A stretch of 63,730 nucleotides of DNA, filler included, from Phoronis australis (lineage: Eukaryota; Animalia; Phoronida), in NCBI GenBank assembly GCA_002633005.1. It is 6 parts of 6 records of this genome, joined end to end, with 100 filler letters (N's around TTAATTAATTAA, not from the genome) between each part and the next. Parts side by side here need not be neighbours in the genome. Positions count along the whole stretch, not along the records: positions 11,719 to 14,581 come from NMRA01001949.1; positions 14,682 to 28,269 come from NMRA01000164.1; 4 more parts are not named here. One strand, 5' to 3'. The notes under the pieces are model-generated. The model worked only from the letters and a program-made list of their open reading frames with translations. It was not told where the DNA came from and ran no database searches. Below, piece by piece: positions 11,719 to 25,107 of the stretch. Both the position numbers and the translations under genes were made by a program. The stretch's first letter is position 1; each line of letters begins with the position of its first letter.

Positions 11719-14260
11719 TATTTCCCGCAACGGAATGTCCTGGGAAATACATTTGCCATACTACCGGGCTAGTCAAAGTTTAATAACTTACTTAGATTAT
11801 TTGCATTGCAAATATCCCTTGATGTAGTTAAGACAAGCAACTGCCTAGAAATGTATTTGTTCTAGTGCATGCAAGGACAGGAGCGCCGGAGCAAATCTTT
11901 TTCCCGTGGTCAAGACTGAAGCTCAAGTGTCGGGAAATATCTTTGTTCTGCGAAGTGCATTCGCCACTTCATCCAAATGTAATCATAAGTGCAAAACTGT
12001 TCGACTTTGTATTCTTGGTTGGTAGCGGATGTGTCAAATAAAAGGATATTTCGTTTTCATTAGTTATTTTGCGCGAAACGTCTCCTACCGGCCTAATGTA
12101 AATCGCTTATAAAGTCAAACTGAAAATAATTCAACGTACCCAAAATGTAATTTTATTGTAGCTGGCACAAGAAAGACTGGAACTGACGCTTTTTTCTTCA
12201 TAAAACGGAGGCATTGGGGCCTACTCTATGTATATATGGTTGTGTGAGAGTGTATATTTTAACACTGCACTATTACATACCGCCAAATTAGTTATATTCC
12301 ATCGATTTCGGCTTAATGTTTAATGTTTCCCACTTATTTTCGGGTTATCAATCCAGTTTAAACATGTCATTCAAGGAATTATCTCAGTGCATTGTAAAGA
12401 TAACTGATTTTTCTAAGCCCAGAATTCCATTATGGAAGTTGAAGAACTACCGTTATTACCTCCTCAGTTTTCTGTGTGGAGGTTAAGTTGATTCACCAAA
12501 GAATCCCAATCAAAANATGCTCAGACAAGTTTTCATTTATTGAGAAGCCAGTAAATACGTTACAAGTAAACAGGTGGGTCTATAACTTGATAAAAATTAA
12601 TATGAAAGTCAAACCTAGTATAAATGGAGCCACACTTAGAATCCTTAAACATTTTTGTACAAACTTAGACCATAATCGCTTTCAAAATCTACAATATTTT
12701 GGAGCACATCTGCGAAAGTTAGTACAGTACATATTCATCATGTCTAATGAAAGACTTGAAGAGAAAAACACATGTTCTTTAACTTGGTTAACTGTGAGAA
12801 GCAAAAAGCTAACATGACTGGGGCCAATAATGAAATTCGCACAAAGTTTACTACATATTCAAACCAAAATTGCTTTCAAAATCTACATTCCTCGGAGTGT
12901 GTCTATAAGATTGTACAAAACATTTTCGCAATATCTATTAATTACCTACAAGACCTAAAAAGTATGATATCTAGGTACCAATTTGAAAACATCACAACCG
13001 TGTATGTCATCATGTTGATCAAGTCTTTGCCATACACCAACGCGGCTGGAAATGAAGACAAAAATAAGTTAAACATTACACGAAAACAAGAAATCAGCAC
13101 AACATGATGTCAAGAACTTTTTGACGATGGGACAAACTTGCATTACTCTTTAAGACTGAGTTTTAGTAATGGCATCCAGTTGTAATTTTTGCCAGTCAGT
13201 GAACATTTTTCATATGTCATTAGATATATATGTAGCAAACAGAATTTAATACACCACAGAAATTTAATTTTCTGATTCCTCAACAAACAACGACCAATCA
13301 AATATGATATATGAGAATTAAGACCTCAAAACTTAAAAACATCTAAGGAAGGTTCAAAACTACCAAATACTGCAAAGGCCATTGATTGGTAGTTAGAATC
13401 TCATTTATTTAATGTAAAGGAGAACAAGATAAAGTACAATGAAAAAACTGACAATACACAAATTAAAATTAAAGCATGCAAAAATATTTACCCTGCTGAT
13501 GAAGCCTGATGGGAGTTCCCACCACATAGTCGGTGGGCCAGATTTTGTAGGGCCTCTAGAAAATGGTTTTTGTGAGTACTTTAGGGGGGCAATTTTATTT
13601 TGGTGTTTTTTAATTCATTTATTAGAGTGTTTTCAAAATCTAAAAAGTTCCCACATATAAAGTTGCACATTTTTGAGAAATTTGAGTTTGAAGTTACCTA
13701 ATAATCACCAAAGAGCTTAGTAAACTTATATTAGTAAAAACAACAGTTTTGGTGACTTTTTTGTAAAACAAGTAATATGGTTCCATCAGTGCCATTGTAT
13801 TGATCAATATTACACTCACATTACATGTTTTACTACTGTAAATTAATTGTAAACAGTGAAATTTAAAAAACATAAAGACACCTAGTGGCAAAAATGCAAA
13901 CTAAGTCTGAATGTTACTAGGAAGTTATTCTGGCATTGTCAGGCAACAAAATAACACAAAACACTTGAGACTGGGCAAAATTTGTGCTTCAATGAGTAAA
14001 ACATTGACTAGTGGTGTAAAATACAGCTTGTTTGCATAATACACCAGAAATACATTATAGTACAAAAACAATATAGTTGAATGATCTCTGTGAATGTGCA
14101 CAAAGACTGTATGAAAATAATAGATTATTCTAACAGCGTTTATCAAGCAGTATGACACAAATACATGACAATGATCAAAGTATGTACTTTCTATGACTTA
14201 ATCAACAAATAAAATTAACTTTTTAATACAAAAAAGGAAACAACGGGGTTGGAGGTCTAT

Positions 14261-14580
14261 TTAGGATTGGCTTGTCAAAGAACTTTCCAATGTTATGAAG
14301 TCAGTGTTGCTGATGTTACTACAGTTGTCACAGCTGCACATTTCTGTACAGTTTGACCCAGTATTGCAGCACAAACTCAGTTTCCCAGCACACATGTTCT
14401 TTTTGCACTTGCAGCGTTCATCGTTTAGTACTGTCAATGGAGATGCGGTCATTGCCATACATATTACTGCAAAGCTCCACCGCCAAGGAGCCAACTATGG
14501 TCGAGTAGAGAGGGTACAGCACTGCACATTGGTGATTAGCCCGCAGGCAATGAAGGGTCAAACACTAAGTCCTTGTTTGG
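14261..14580 (-). pseudogene. Decayed C-terminus of an Academ-like transposon protein (Cys-rich CXC/Cys8 finger)
   Basis: Frameshifted LTLHCLRANHQCAV motif (cf. LxxHxxRANYQ), then CKCKKNMC...CC...CTEMCSCDNCSN; stops and frameshifts present. Confidence 0.5.
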
Positions 14581-15039
14581 ANNNNNNNNNNNNNNNNNNN
14601 NNNNNNNNNNNNNNNNNNNNNNNNNTTAATTAATTAANNNNNNNNNNNNNNNNNNNNNNNNNNNNNNNNNNNNNNNNNNNNAAAAGACGAGGAGGGGAGG
14701 GAAGTTAAAAAAAAGTTCGCTTCCCTGTCAGGTACATTTCTCATCATAACTTAGTCACCTATAATTCCTCAATCTCCAAATGGAATTCCAGATTTTGTTT
14801 GCCGATTTCTAAGTAGACGTCTCGTCCCGTTCACTGCCACGGCACTGGTGAACTCTGAATGCATGCACAAGTATTGTTATTAACTCAAGTGCCAAATGTC
14901 AACTCACTTGATACATCTCGGTAAAATACAAAGATACAGTATCAAAGTTTGACATCTGCGTAGGCCTACACAGCAATGGGTCTTATGTCAAGACTAAATT
15001 AGCAACAGAGATGTGATGTGACAAGCTGTTACATATTTC

Positions 15040-15415
15040 TTAAGACATTTTCGGGACTGGGTGAGGAACTCAAGAAGTCAAGCTTAATAATTGCCAAATG
15101 TATCAAAGAAATGGCATAAGAATATTTATTGAAACTAAAAATTGAATAACAGTTACAGAACACTCAGAATTCCACGTTATAGACATACTCTTGTAGTTGT
15201 AGCGACAGCAGACGATAATAGAGATGTGATGTGATAAGCTACATTTTCGGGACTGGGTGAGGAACTCAAGAAGTAAAGCTTGATAATTGCCAAGTGTATC
15301 AAAGAAATGGCATAAGAATATTTATTGAAACTAAAAAATGAATAACAATTACAGAACACTCAAAATTCCACGTTATAGACATACTCTTGTTGTTGTAGCG
15401 ACAGCAGACGATAAT
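15040..15415 (+). repeat. ~195-bp tandem duplication
   Basis: cattttcgggactgggtgaggaactcaagaagt...gcgacagcagacgataat occurs twice. Confidence 0.85.
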
Positions 15416-15939
15416 GTAGGCCTAGTTCTTGGGGTGGTCTATTCCAATAGGAAGCGATGAATGAGCGCGGCTTTGCGTGATTTTGCATTTCACATCATAA
15501 AGAGTTCCATAGCAACTCGAGTATGAGTGTCAGATTTGAGTACGTTTGGAGTCTACTCGAAATCCGACATTAGATACGCTTTTTTGAGTACGACTCCAGT
15601 GAGCACGATTTTGAGTATGAAATCTCGAGTATGAGTATGAGTCTGAGTACGGAGATTGGAGACCGGGCCCAGGAGGCAGAGCGGTAATACAAGTGGACGA
15701 TCTGTTATTAAGTTAATAGGAATAAACTTGCCAAACTCTGAAAAGATTTTGCAAGGGAGATACAGCCACAGATGCAAACGCAACTAGGGGAAACAACAGT
15801 GGTTGGACCAAATGAAAATGCATGTGAGTCATCTTGTGAGTAAGAATACAACTGCCAATTTTAATGATGAATCTCTGAACAGTTTGTTGTATAAAGAGGC
15901 AGACGAATTGAAAATAATGAAAATGGCTACCGGTATTAG

Positions 15940-16730
15940 GTGACTCAGAATACGTCCAAAAAATGAACTCAAAAAATGAAAAAAGCTATCTAAAAATGAC
16001 ACCGCATCGTTGTCTCCTTAATAGAAGGATATTTGCCAAATTTCACGAAAATCCATCAGTGAACTCCAAAGATACAGAGACAAATGTAAAAAAATTTAAA
16101 ATGCCACTAGAGGGCAAAGTGGTAGTCGGTAGATAGGAATCTCATCTGCATCTGTTACCAGCTCCACAAATTTCACAAAGATCCTACAAAGAGTTAAGGA
16201 AATGAAGGCATAGACGCAAAAAATCAAAAGCACCACTAATGGAGCTAAAGTAGACAAAATCATAAGAAAATTAACGCCATCCGCGGTCTTCTCTTCAGAC
16301 ACACATCTGCCAATTTTCACAATGATCCACAGGGGCGGTTTGCCATAAAAAAGACAGACTCCAAGATGAACCCAAAAAAATTTAAAAAGCCCACAAGATG
16401 GTGTAGAATAAATCAAATACATCCAAAAATGGGAAGGCAGTTGTCATCTCCTTTAATAGAAACTTATTTGACAAATTTCATGAAAATCCATCAAGGAACT
16501 CCAAAGATACAGAGGTTAACGTCAAAACTAAAATTGTCAATAGGGGACATAGCGATAGTCGGTTCGGTCCATAATTCTGTGTTATCTACCGTCAGATTTA
16601 TAGGAATGCATTTGCCAATTTTCATTAGAATCCTGCAAGAGGTTTAGGAAATACAGCAGCCGAACGCCCAGGCAGAGATGAGTTGCAATATACATCCGCA
16701 TAAAAATATGAGAGCGCATAAAAAGTAAAA
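15940..16730 (-). mobile_element. HINE/Helentron-like element of a second family (related to 46053-46613)
   Basis: Minus strand starts tttttatgcgctctcatatttttatgcggatg, similar to 46053 tttttatgcgcccacatatttatatggggg; internal repeats of aaatttcatgaaaatccatc. Confidence 0.55.
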
Positions 16731-16859
16731 CTTACGCTTACAAAACAACATATCTTAAAACACCACGGTTGAGCAAGGGTTCCAGAGGTAGCACTATATG
16801 TTTCCAAAAGAGCCATATCACACTCTTTTTCCAAACCCTCTTAGAGGCTCTTTTTGAAT

Positions 16860-17160
16860 GGAAAGTCACTCCCATAAAGCAGATATGATATACCACCTGC
16901 TGCCCGCAGAGTGAAAAATGCAGTTTCCGATTTTGGGAACTGAACAAGGGACTGCTCAAAGAAAAAGTTTGATAATCAGAGCATTTCTTCAAATTGGAAG
17001 GAATTAAATACATTGACGGCCTCCCAAGGTATTTATAACAACGTGACTTTGATGTTTTAGTCAGTTTGAGCTAGGACCAATATCACTCCCAGGTATGAGG
17101 CATAATTTGCTGAAAAGCTTCTGGCGTATGAAGCTCCTATAACTGAATCTAGTCAGCTCG
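16860..17160 (+). repeat. Interspersed repeat shared with ~43270-43530
   Basis: ttttgggaactgaa..agggactgctc.aagaaaaagttt...ggaaggaattaaa...acaacgtgactttgatg occurs at both sites. Confidence 0.7.
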
Positions 17161-17328
17161 AGACGGTGGTCACTGTCTACGCTCAGTACTGCTACCTTGC
17201 CCTTGGCTACAGCAAAATCCAACATTGACACTTTGACAGTCAAGAGCGGTAAAGTCTGAAGAATTCATATGGCAACTGATTAAAAACTCCCTAGTCCCTA
17301 GAGCTTTGACGATGATCCAATGTCTTAA

Positions 17329-18290
17329 AAGAGCATGCCACCCAAAAAACAACCAACTTGTATCAATTTAGATTAAGTAGTTCTACTCGATAACGGCACG
17401 TACGGTTGCGTTACCTGACACCTGACGGCAGACGGAGGTCTTGAAATTATTCAATGACGTAACTGGTTTCACACGCAGTCTGTTCAGCAGTTCACAACAC
17501 GGGTTAGTGGTGTCAGCTCATCGCTTGAATTCATCGTTTAACACCAATAAATCATCAAACTTCGATTTAAAACCCTTAAAAATACACCACGTTGTTATAA
17601 AAACGTGTTGTTTTATTTCGTTGTTACGGATTTATTGGTATTTGGACACATCGTAGCCTACAAAGTTCGGCAGGCCAAAAAGGTCCGTAGCAGGAGTTTG
17701 GGGTCTGTTCGGAGATAAATTCGAAGTATTTTTCTGTGAGACACAGACAGCAGAACCTAGATCTGTGTTGTTTAGACTAGTGATTTTTTTGAGTTCTAAA
17801 CACACAAAACACTTGTTATCCTGGCCAGTGGCTCGGAGCCTGATCAGGCCCGTCGCGGCCGGACTGACTCGTTATTTCAGCCAGCAGCTCAGAAACCGAT
17901 CAGGCCCGTCGTGGCTGGACTGAAGACATCACAAACGTAAACCAGCCAAAGTTAGAAACTAGACTTCCAGTCAAGAAAATACTATACTAGGGAGCCAAAT
18001 AAGTAATGTGCACATGATTATGTTGGTGAATTAGCCACGAAACTGCAAATCTACTAACTTGTCGGGGACCGCGAATCCGCTTTGGCCACAGAACCGTCAG
18101 GCAGAAGTTGTACATTGACAATCATTATTTGAATAAAGTAAATGTAAATAAAGATTCCCCTAACACCTGGCTGTGGGATAGAAAATCGAGTTATTGTTTC
18201 ACAATAGTTTCTATCAGCAAACACTGAATTACCATGCGCTCACACGGCCTCAGTGCGCCGTCAATTAGTTTATTGCACCTAAAGCCGGTA
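17329..18290 (+). mobile_element. Kolobok-like DNA transposon end (copy 2)
   Basis: TTAA at 17325-17328 followed by aagagcatgccaccc; inverted homology to 2720-3688. Confidence 0.65.
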
Positions 18291-18649
18291 ACGCAATGAT
18301 TTATTCATTGCTGGCTTCTCAAATCATTTGTACTCACGAGCACTCCAAAGGCATTACAAATTGCATTTAATGAGACAGACTTCGTTTCAGTTTTATATAA
18401 GTATTGGTTAGGGTGAGAATAATTCATTTTGAAACAGAACGCTCAACGTCAACATGGCAACTCGCAATCACGACTTAGACGAGAGCTCCTCCGGACGAAG
18501 ACTTCGCAGGTCGATTGTTAAGTTTCGCAGGCTAGCAGTTCGAACCGGAATACAATAGAATGAAATACTAGAGAGGCGCCGCGAACAAGCTCAGAGAACG
18601 GAATGTATGGATATTTTTTTGGTAAGTCGGCATTCATCAGGCACTGTTG

Positions 18650-18840
18650 ACGACTGCAGGCCACAGACGTGGGAGATGTTACACAGCCTCATACTTGCTA
18701 TTTACAGCGTATTTTTCATTCTTCTCAACTGCGAGCCACTTCCTAAGCATTTCGAACTCTCGAGGAAGTCGAAAAAACGATATACCCGCTTTCCTCGCAG
18801 CTGCATAGTTCGGACAAGTGAAAACGATGCACCGCAACAT
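18650..18840 (-). pseudogene. THAP zinc-finger relic (transposase N-terminus)
   Basis: MLRCIVFTCPNY...ISFFRLPRE...RKWL matches THAP C-x4-C...FxxP...W; the RLC..H end is frameshifted and there is a stop at 18679. Confidence 0.7.
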
Positions 18841-20189
18841 AGTGGCATTCACTCTGCAAATGAACCACTGACGTCGCTGCATCGTTTCTCACCTTCCTCA
18901 CAGGTTAACGGGACACCTCTCGGCAAGGTAAGGTCTACCGTATGCGAGGTGATGTGGATATAGACCGATTAAGACGGCAAAAAATACTAATTACACTCCG
19001 AAACCCTATAGTCGTCCGCCTAAGCATAAAACCGGCTTGTTGTCTTACTCACCCAATTATTCCACTTCAAAGTTATGATCTGAATAGGACTTGATTTAAC
19101 TCTCACAAATATATAGTATTCGTTGATTCAAACGTTTTCTTTTACTTAAGCCGAGTTGTTCAACTGTGCATTGGTTTTCGGCAGCCATTTTATAATGACA
19201 CCTATGGTCGTCATGTGCTGCCGCCTTTTGAAAGGACAGAAAACCACACAGAAAAAGGCCAAGAAAATAGTNNNNNNNNNNNNNNNNNNNNNNNNNNNNN
19301 NNNNNNNNNNNNNNNNNNNNNNNNNNNNNNNNNNNNNNNNNNNNNNNNNNNNNNNNNNNNNNNNNNNNNNNNNNNNNNNNNNNNNNNNNNNNNNNNNNNN
19401 NNNNNNNNNNNNNNNNNNNNNNNNNNNNNNNNNNNNNNNNNNNNNNNNNNNNNNNNNNNNNNNNNNNNNNNNNNNNNNNNNNNNNNNNNNNNNNNNNNNN
19501 NNNNNNNNNNNNNNNNNNNNNNNNNNNNNNNNNNNNNNNNNNNNNNNNNNNNNNNNNNNNNNNNNNNNNNNNNNNNNNNNNNNNNNNNNNNNNNNNNNNN
19601 NNNNNNNNNNNNNNNNNNNNNNNNNNNNNNNNNNNNNNNNNNNNNNTGGGACAAATAGATACATTGCATAAACAATCCCTGGGTTGCTTTTTGTTCCGTC
19701 TGAAGAAAATTTAATTTCGAAAATATCTTCTGAAAATGAACAAAAAAGTGCATTAGTAAAATCAACAAGTTTTTAAGTGGTCTCAAAAAAACAGTCGGTA
19801 AATGCATTAATTTTAGTCTCAGTTCTTCCACGCGTGTTTCTCCCGAGAGGTTAGTACCTAACGTGCAGACGAGCGTTCCAAATTGGAACGCTAAGTCCCG
19901 CGTGGCAGCGCTGCACGCGAAACAAGATGGCGGACGACCTTTGGAGACTGACGACGAGAGGTAATCGGACTATAAATCGGGTGGCATTCTCCTTTAACAC
20001 TTAACACATAACAGTACATACTATGTAACTAGGCCCGTTGCATTGGGCGTATGGTTTACTAGGCAAATACATCGCACTGAATGCCAACTGAGGGGCTACT
20101 TCAGTACTTGTTGCCCATGCCATGCATTGCCATGGCTAAGCCTAAGCAAGGCCCGGGTTTTAATGGCCAGGGCAGGTGATGTCGAAATG

Positions 20190-20269
20190 CACAGGCGTCC
20201 TCAGCTTCTGATCGTCCCCAATACACTACATATAATGGGACGATCAGAAAGAAGCTGAGGACGCCTGTG
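20190..20269. mobile_element. 80-bp P-like MITE with 8-bp TSD TCGAAATG
   Basis: CACAGGCGTCCTCAGCTTCT...AGAAGCTGAGGACGCCTGTG; TCGAAATG at 20182-20189 and 20270-20277. Confidence 0.85.
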
Positions 20270-23004
20270 TCGAAATGCAGCTTTTCTACGTACCTTGGAG
20301 TGAGAATAAGAGAAGCTTAATGATCGACAAGGAAGACCGATTTGTATCCCTTGATTTCTTAGCCTTTATTTAAACAATCGTTACTCGCGGCACTTCAAAT
20401 ACGAATAAGGCTACGATGTTCCATTTTAGCCACCTTTGAAAACGTTCTGCTTTGCCGCTTTTTCTACTGCTTTACGTTAACTTTACGACAATGCGCGACA
20501 CTCATTGTCGTTTTGTGGAACCACAAAGGTTGCACTCGAGATAGTTGCCAACCAGCGGAATGTTCACTTTGTCGTCAGTGACGACTCACAGTTTGCGAAA
20601 TTCCTCACAGAACTTGTTGTACTTAGTTTAAAACTATTGATTTTTCTTTGGGTCAAAAACGTCGTCAAACATAATCTTGAAAAGTTTCACTTGTAATGTT
20701 GTCGCATGCCAATGTATTCTGTCTTCGGCTGTTAATTTAACAAAAGCTTATTGACAACATTTTACTAAAAATATTTTGAAGATAAAATACATTGGACCTA
20801 AAATTTTCTCATTAGGTATATTGCCTGCAGTTGCGGTAACCAACCCTATCACTGAAACAACCGCGGCTTACGTGAACTTGCCACAGTCCCACATATGGAC
20901 GGAAGGTGTCAACTTGAAGTAAACAAAAGCCAGTGAGATGAATTTATTTCATTGAATGAAGTCATCGACGTTACCAGGAAAATATTTTCCTGGTGTAATG
21001 GAATTTCAATCAGCATCAGAAGTTGAAACAAAAATTTCTTTCAATATTCACTTCAATCTACGTAAGCGGACATTTTAAGTGTAGTAGGCTACACGTACGT
21101 ACGCCGACTCTTGTAATCATAAACGTACCGGCGAGGTTTCTTTATAATTGGAAAGAAGTCATTTAAATATAATTAGAATTGTTATTCCATTTTCCTAGAT
21201 GCGCAGACATGTAAAAAAGAAAGCACTGAACCTTGATATTACTCAGTTATCTCAAACATTGGACATCCATGTTGATTTCATAGTTTGAACGATGAGAAAT
21301 CTTTCGGTTGTGCCTTAATTAGAAAGCATGCGTCCAAATGCTGGACCGTGAGCCCATTATATCTGGGAAGCTTCGTGTGAGTCAAAAGATGTTCAAATAA
21401 GGGAGGGGAACGGGATTGGTCGGCCTCCCCCCAAGAACTTTTCAGAGCTTGTGCGTGTTAATGTAAATTTTGACACGGATTTTGTTTTTTTAAAAATTTA
21501 TATTATCCGATGTAAAAACCAAAGAATGCCCATTTACGACTTCCAATACTTAAGAGGACCTTTTAGTCCTAAAATGTGTCTAAAAGTCTAATACGCACAG
21601 TCGGTATTGCACGAAAACTCCCCGTTTTATGAACAATGCTTTTCTGATAACGATCTTCCAAAGAAATACCATTCAGGATTTTTCTACGGTCAATCGTGTA
21701 CAAAAACTCCACGGTCTTCAAGCTTGAAATTTGTAAACTTTCATTCTTCCGATTCCGGTCAATGCTATTGTGTGTTTTTAACTTCACATTCTTGGCTGAG
21801 CCGCATATCTTGACGGTGTAGCACTGATATGAGAATATTTTTGGTATGCGAGTTCAGCTTGCGGAACAAGGAAAAACTTGTTGGGGGCTAGACATCAAAG
21901 TCATAACAAACCCGAATTCCGTCGAGAAAATTACGTTTGGTTTGGACCACTTACTGTTACGAAATTGGCCTCAAGTTGCTTTTCCTTCCTCAAATGAGAA
22001 GTGATTTGTGGTATTACAAAGAATTAAAAGTTCATTATTGCTCGGGACCATGATCGGCTAGTAACATGGCCGCCGTACCGTAAATCTTTGTCACGAGCAG
22101 TAACGAACTGTCATTTCATTTCAAGCCCAGAAATCACGCTTATTTAGAGAAGGCCTGAGGAATAATTTCATTTCAATCTCGTAATGGCAAGTGGTCTAAA
22201 TGAAAAATTATTTTTTGTGACCGGAAGACGGCGCTTTAATTAAGGATTTATTTCTTTTCACTCAAGGTTGAGGCTTTGTTTTAGATATAAGTGTAAGTGA
22301 GTTTCAACAGAGGTGTTGTGATTTGCACCAGCAGCGCTGGTATTCCGATTTATCAAACTGACCAAGTCTAGTTGTGTACGTAGACTGTCATACAAAATAA
22401 ATTAAAATTGAGAAAAATGCGTTACAATTGTCTGAGACTGCATTGTATATTCAAGCGTTTGCTCATTTCAGGTGTACACAATTCACAATGAAGGTAGATA
22501 TACTGAGACAGAAGAAAGTTTTACATTTCTAGTGTTGTATTATAAGAAAGTTTGAAAGTGGAATGTATTTTATACTGGATGAAACTGAGATGGACAACCT
22601 GATGCAAAGATTCAAAATGAACGGCTCTACCCAGAAAGTTTCATCGAATAAGCAATAACACCATGAAACAGGAGAAGGCAGAAGATCCCACACAACAAAC
22701 GACACGGCGGTACAGGTGACAGCAGGGAATAAATGGAAGGCATCAGCAACAGCATAGTGGTNCCCCCCCTAAATCCGCCTATGTAGTGGGACTGTTCATA
22801 GCATGTTAGCACAGTACAATGAGAACTTCTTCTCTTGCAATATGATTCTTACAAAAAAGAAACTGACATAACTACTTTTTCAAAAACTTTATACATTAGG
22901 TGCCATTTACCTAGTTTTCAATACATTCGCCAGTTGGTCAAAATAGTGAAAGCAATGTTAGGCCCAGTGTTCCACTTCTAAACAGTAAAAAATGGCACTG
23001 GTTG

Positions 23005-24180
23005 CGGGGTACGTACACTACGCACAGTCAATCAACATCAAATTTTGACTAAGTTTCAAATGTAAGGGATGGTCTCGAGTTTTGTGCTGTCTCTACTTGT
23101 TAGTTTGTTGCAAGTTGTCTTGAGAGTAGAGAACCTGCCTCTGCAACATCAGTTCTCACATGACGTGTTTTCTAGGATGTTAAGTTCTAGACAAGTCCTG
23201 TGTGGCATTTTATTGCCTACAATTTTGATAATGTCCAATGTTTTTTTGTCACGAGACTGGATTCATTTTGGAAATATCAGTATATTTCACTGAGAACAGC
23301 AGTATGTAAAAATACTTGTGGGCAATACTTTATAGCACAGAGGTTGAAGGTACGTACACTACATTTCAATGACTTGTCAGGATTATAGAAAATACTTAGA
23401 ATCTACTGAGACTTAGTTCATTTACCGTCAAAGAGAACAAATAAAAAGTACAGCACACAAAGATGTGCATATATGTCTGTCATTCTTTGGAAACAGGCAA
23501 ATGTTAAAATATAGGAGTACGCACACTACACAAACGCTAATATGTCACTCAAAACAAATGTTTTTGTAATTAACACCCTTTTAACCTAGCATTTTTAAAG
23601 GAGGAAACTGTTTGTGTTGCTTACTTACAGTGTAGTATTTTTTCCCATGGTATTTGTTCACATAGGGGTGCGTACACTACACTGGGTACGTACACTACAG
23701 ATTTGTAAATAAATACTAAGGACCTACTAAGAGTTAATTGATTTACTTAATCAATTCAAAGAGAAAAAATAAAAAGCACAGCACTCATGTGCATATCTGC
23801 CATACTTTGAAAATAGGCGCAAATTAAAATAAAGGGGGTACGTACACTGCTACACAACTAACGCTAATATTTCAATCAAAACAAATGTAATTGCAATAAA
23901 CACCCTTTTAACCTAACATTTTTAAGGAAGGAAACTGATTATGACCAGTGTTGCTCACTTACCAAGTGATATTTTAATTTCATGGCATTTGTAAACAACG
24001 TACACTACAAAAGGGGGTACGTACACTACATCACTGTTTCTGCATCACATGGTAACATAATGCTGTATGGTCATTTATTTTTCTTTGATGATAATAAAAA
24101 AGCACCCAAAAGGCAATAATTTCATTTGCAATGACCATTTGTGTTACTGAATTCCACTGGGGGTATACGTACACTACATT
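23005..24180 (+). repeat. Dispersed array of the motif (G)GGTACGTACACTAC(A) within a larger ~300-bp duplicated unit
   Basis: About 9 copies, at ~23007, 23349, 23515, 23667, 23684, 23836, 23998, 24015 and 24162. Confidence 0.75.
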
Positions 24181-25107
24181 TTGTTTGCCTTTTTGGCCCT
24201 AACAAGAGAAGAGTTAGTATACACTGGCACAAGCTCTGATAGAAGATTTTTTCTAAGGTCTCCAAGAATAGGGCATCGACAGATGAAAAGTGACTCCTCT
24301 TTAATTTCACCCAGACTGCATATGCCTCATATTCTCTCGGCTTCTAGGATATCCATGTATATTAAGTGAGTGACCTGAACATCGAAACTGCGCAAATGTT
24401 TTCCTCGAATAAGCGCTTAAACAATTCACATATTGCTCGCTAACAAGCGTCATGTTTAAAATAAGATTATGAAATTCATATTTATTTGATTGAACTATAT
24501 TACCTATGATTTCTAGTTGCCATCAGTTCCCGGTGTACGCCACAATCTAGTAACCTCTGGTAAATTCAACATTATTATGATCTCCTCTTTGACCAATGAC
24601 AATCTAATAATATAATTAAAATCTAAACCCTTAATTAAGTCATACTAATAAGGGACTTAATCCGTCAATTAGGTGCGTTGCATGAAAAGTCGGATTCCTC
24701 ATTTCAATAATATTGAGAATTTACTGAACTAATAGTTTACTCTCGATTTGTATCAACGTCAAAATTGACTTGGTAATGCTACTCAAACACCACAAGAAAG
24801 GACAATCGGTGTTTGTTCATAAGCCTACAAATACGCAGTTGATTTAGGGAACTTAGTTGGAGTCCCTACTAGTTCTATGCAACGGGGCAGTCGGCCTTGT
24901 AGTTGATTCCCTCAGACTTTAGTAGTCAGAAGAAATCGAATAGGCATAAACGAAATATCTACATTTAATAATCACATAAACACCAATGATTGGAATTTTT
25001 AAGGCACTCAGGTTTGTATATTTACTGTATTTTAATATAAAGAGAGATCGTCTGCTAAATACCAAACTGAACGACTGGATATTGTGTAGCTTTTTTAGAC
25101 ATCAAAT

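Larger units (their letters stand above)
11399..15669. mobile_element. PIF/Harbinger-like element with long (>=210-bp) TIRs and a CAG TSD; spans two gaps
   Basis: ggcccggtctccaatctccgtactcag... at 11399-11618 is the near-perfect reverse complement of ~15453-15669; CAG at 11396-11398 and 15670-15672 (CWG target). Confidence 0.65.

Noticed and set aside
19146-19831. Long ORFs of 147-206 aa
   Set aside because: They run through the N gap (19272-19646) and are artefacts.
22472-22715. Coding exon with a good acceptor and donor
   Set aside because: Stop codons in all three frames; at most non-coding or decayed.
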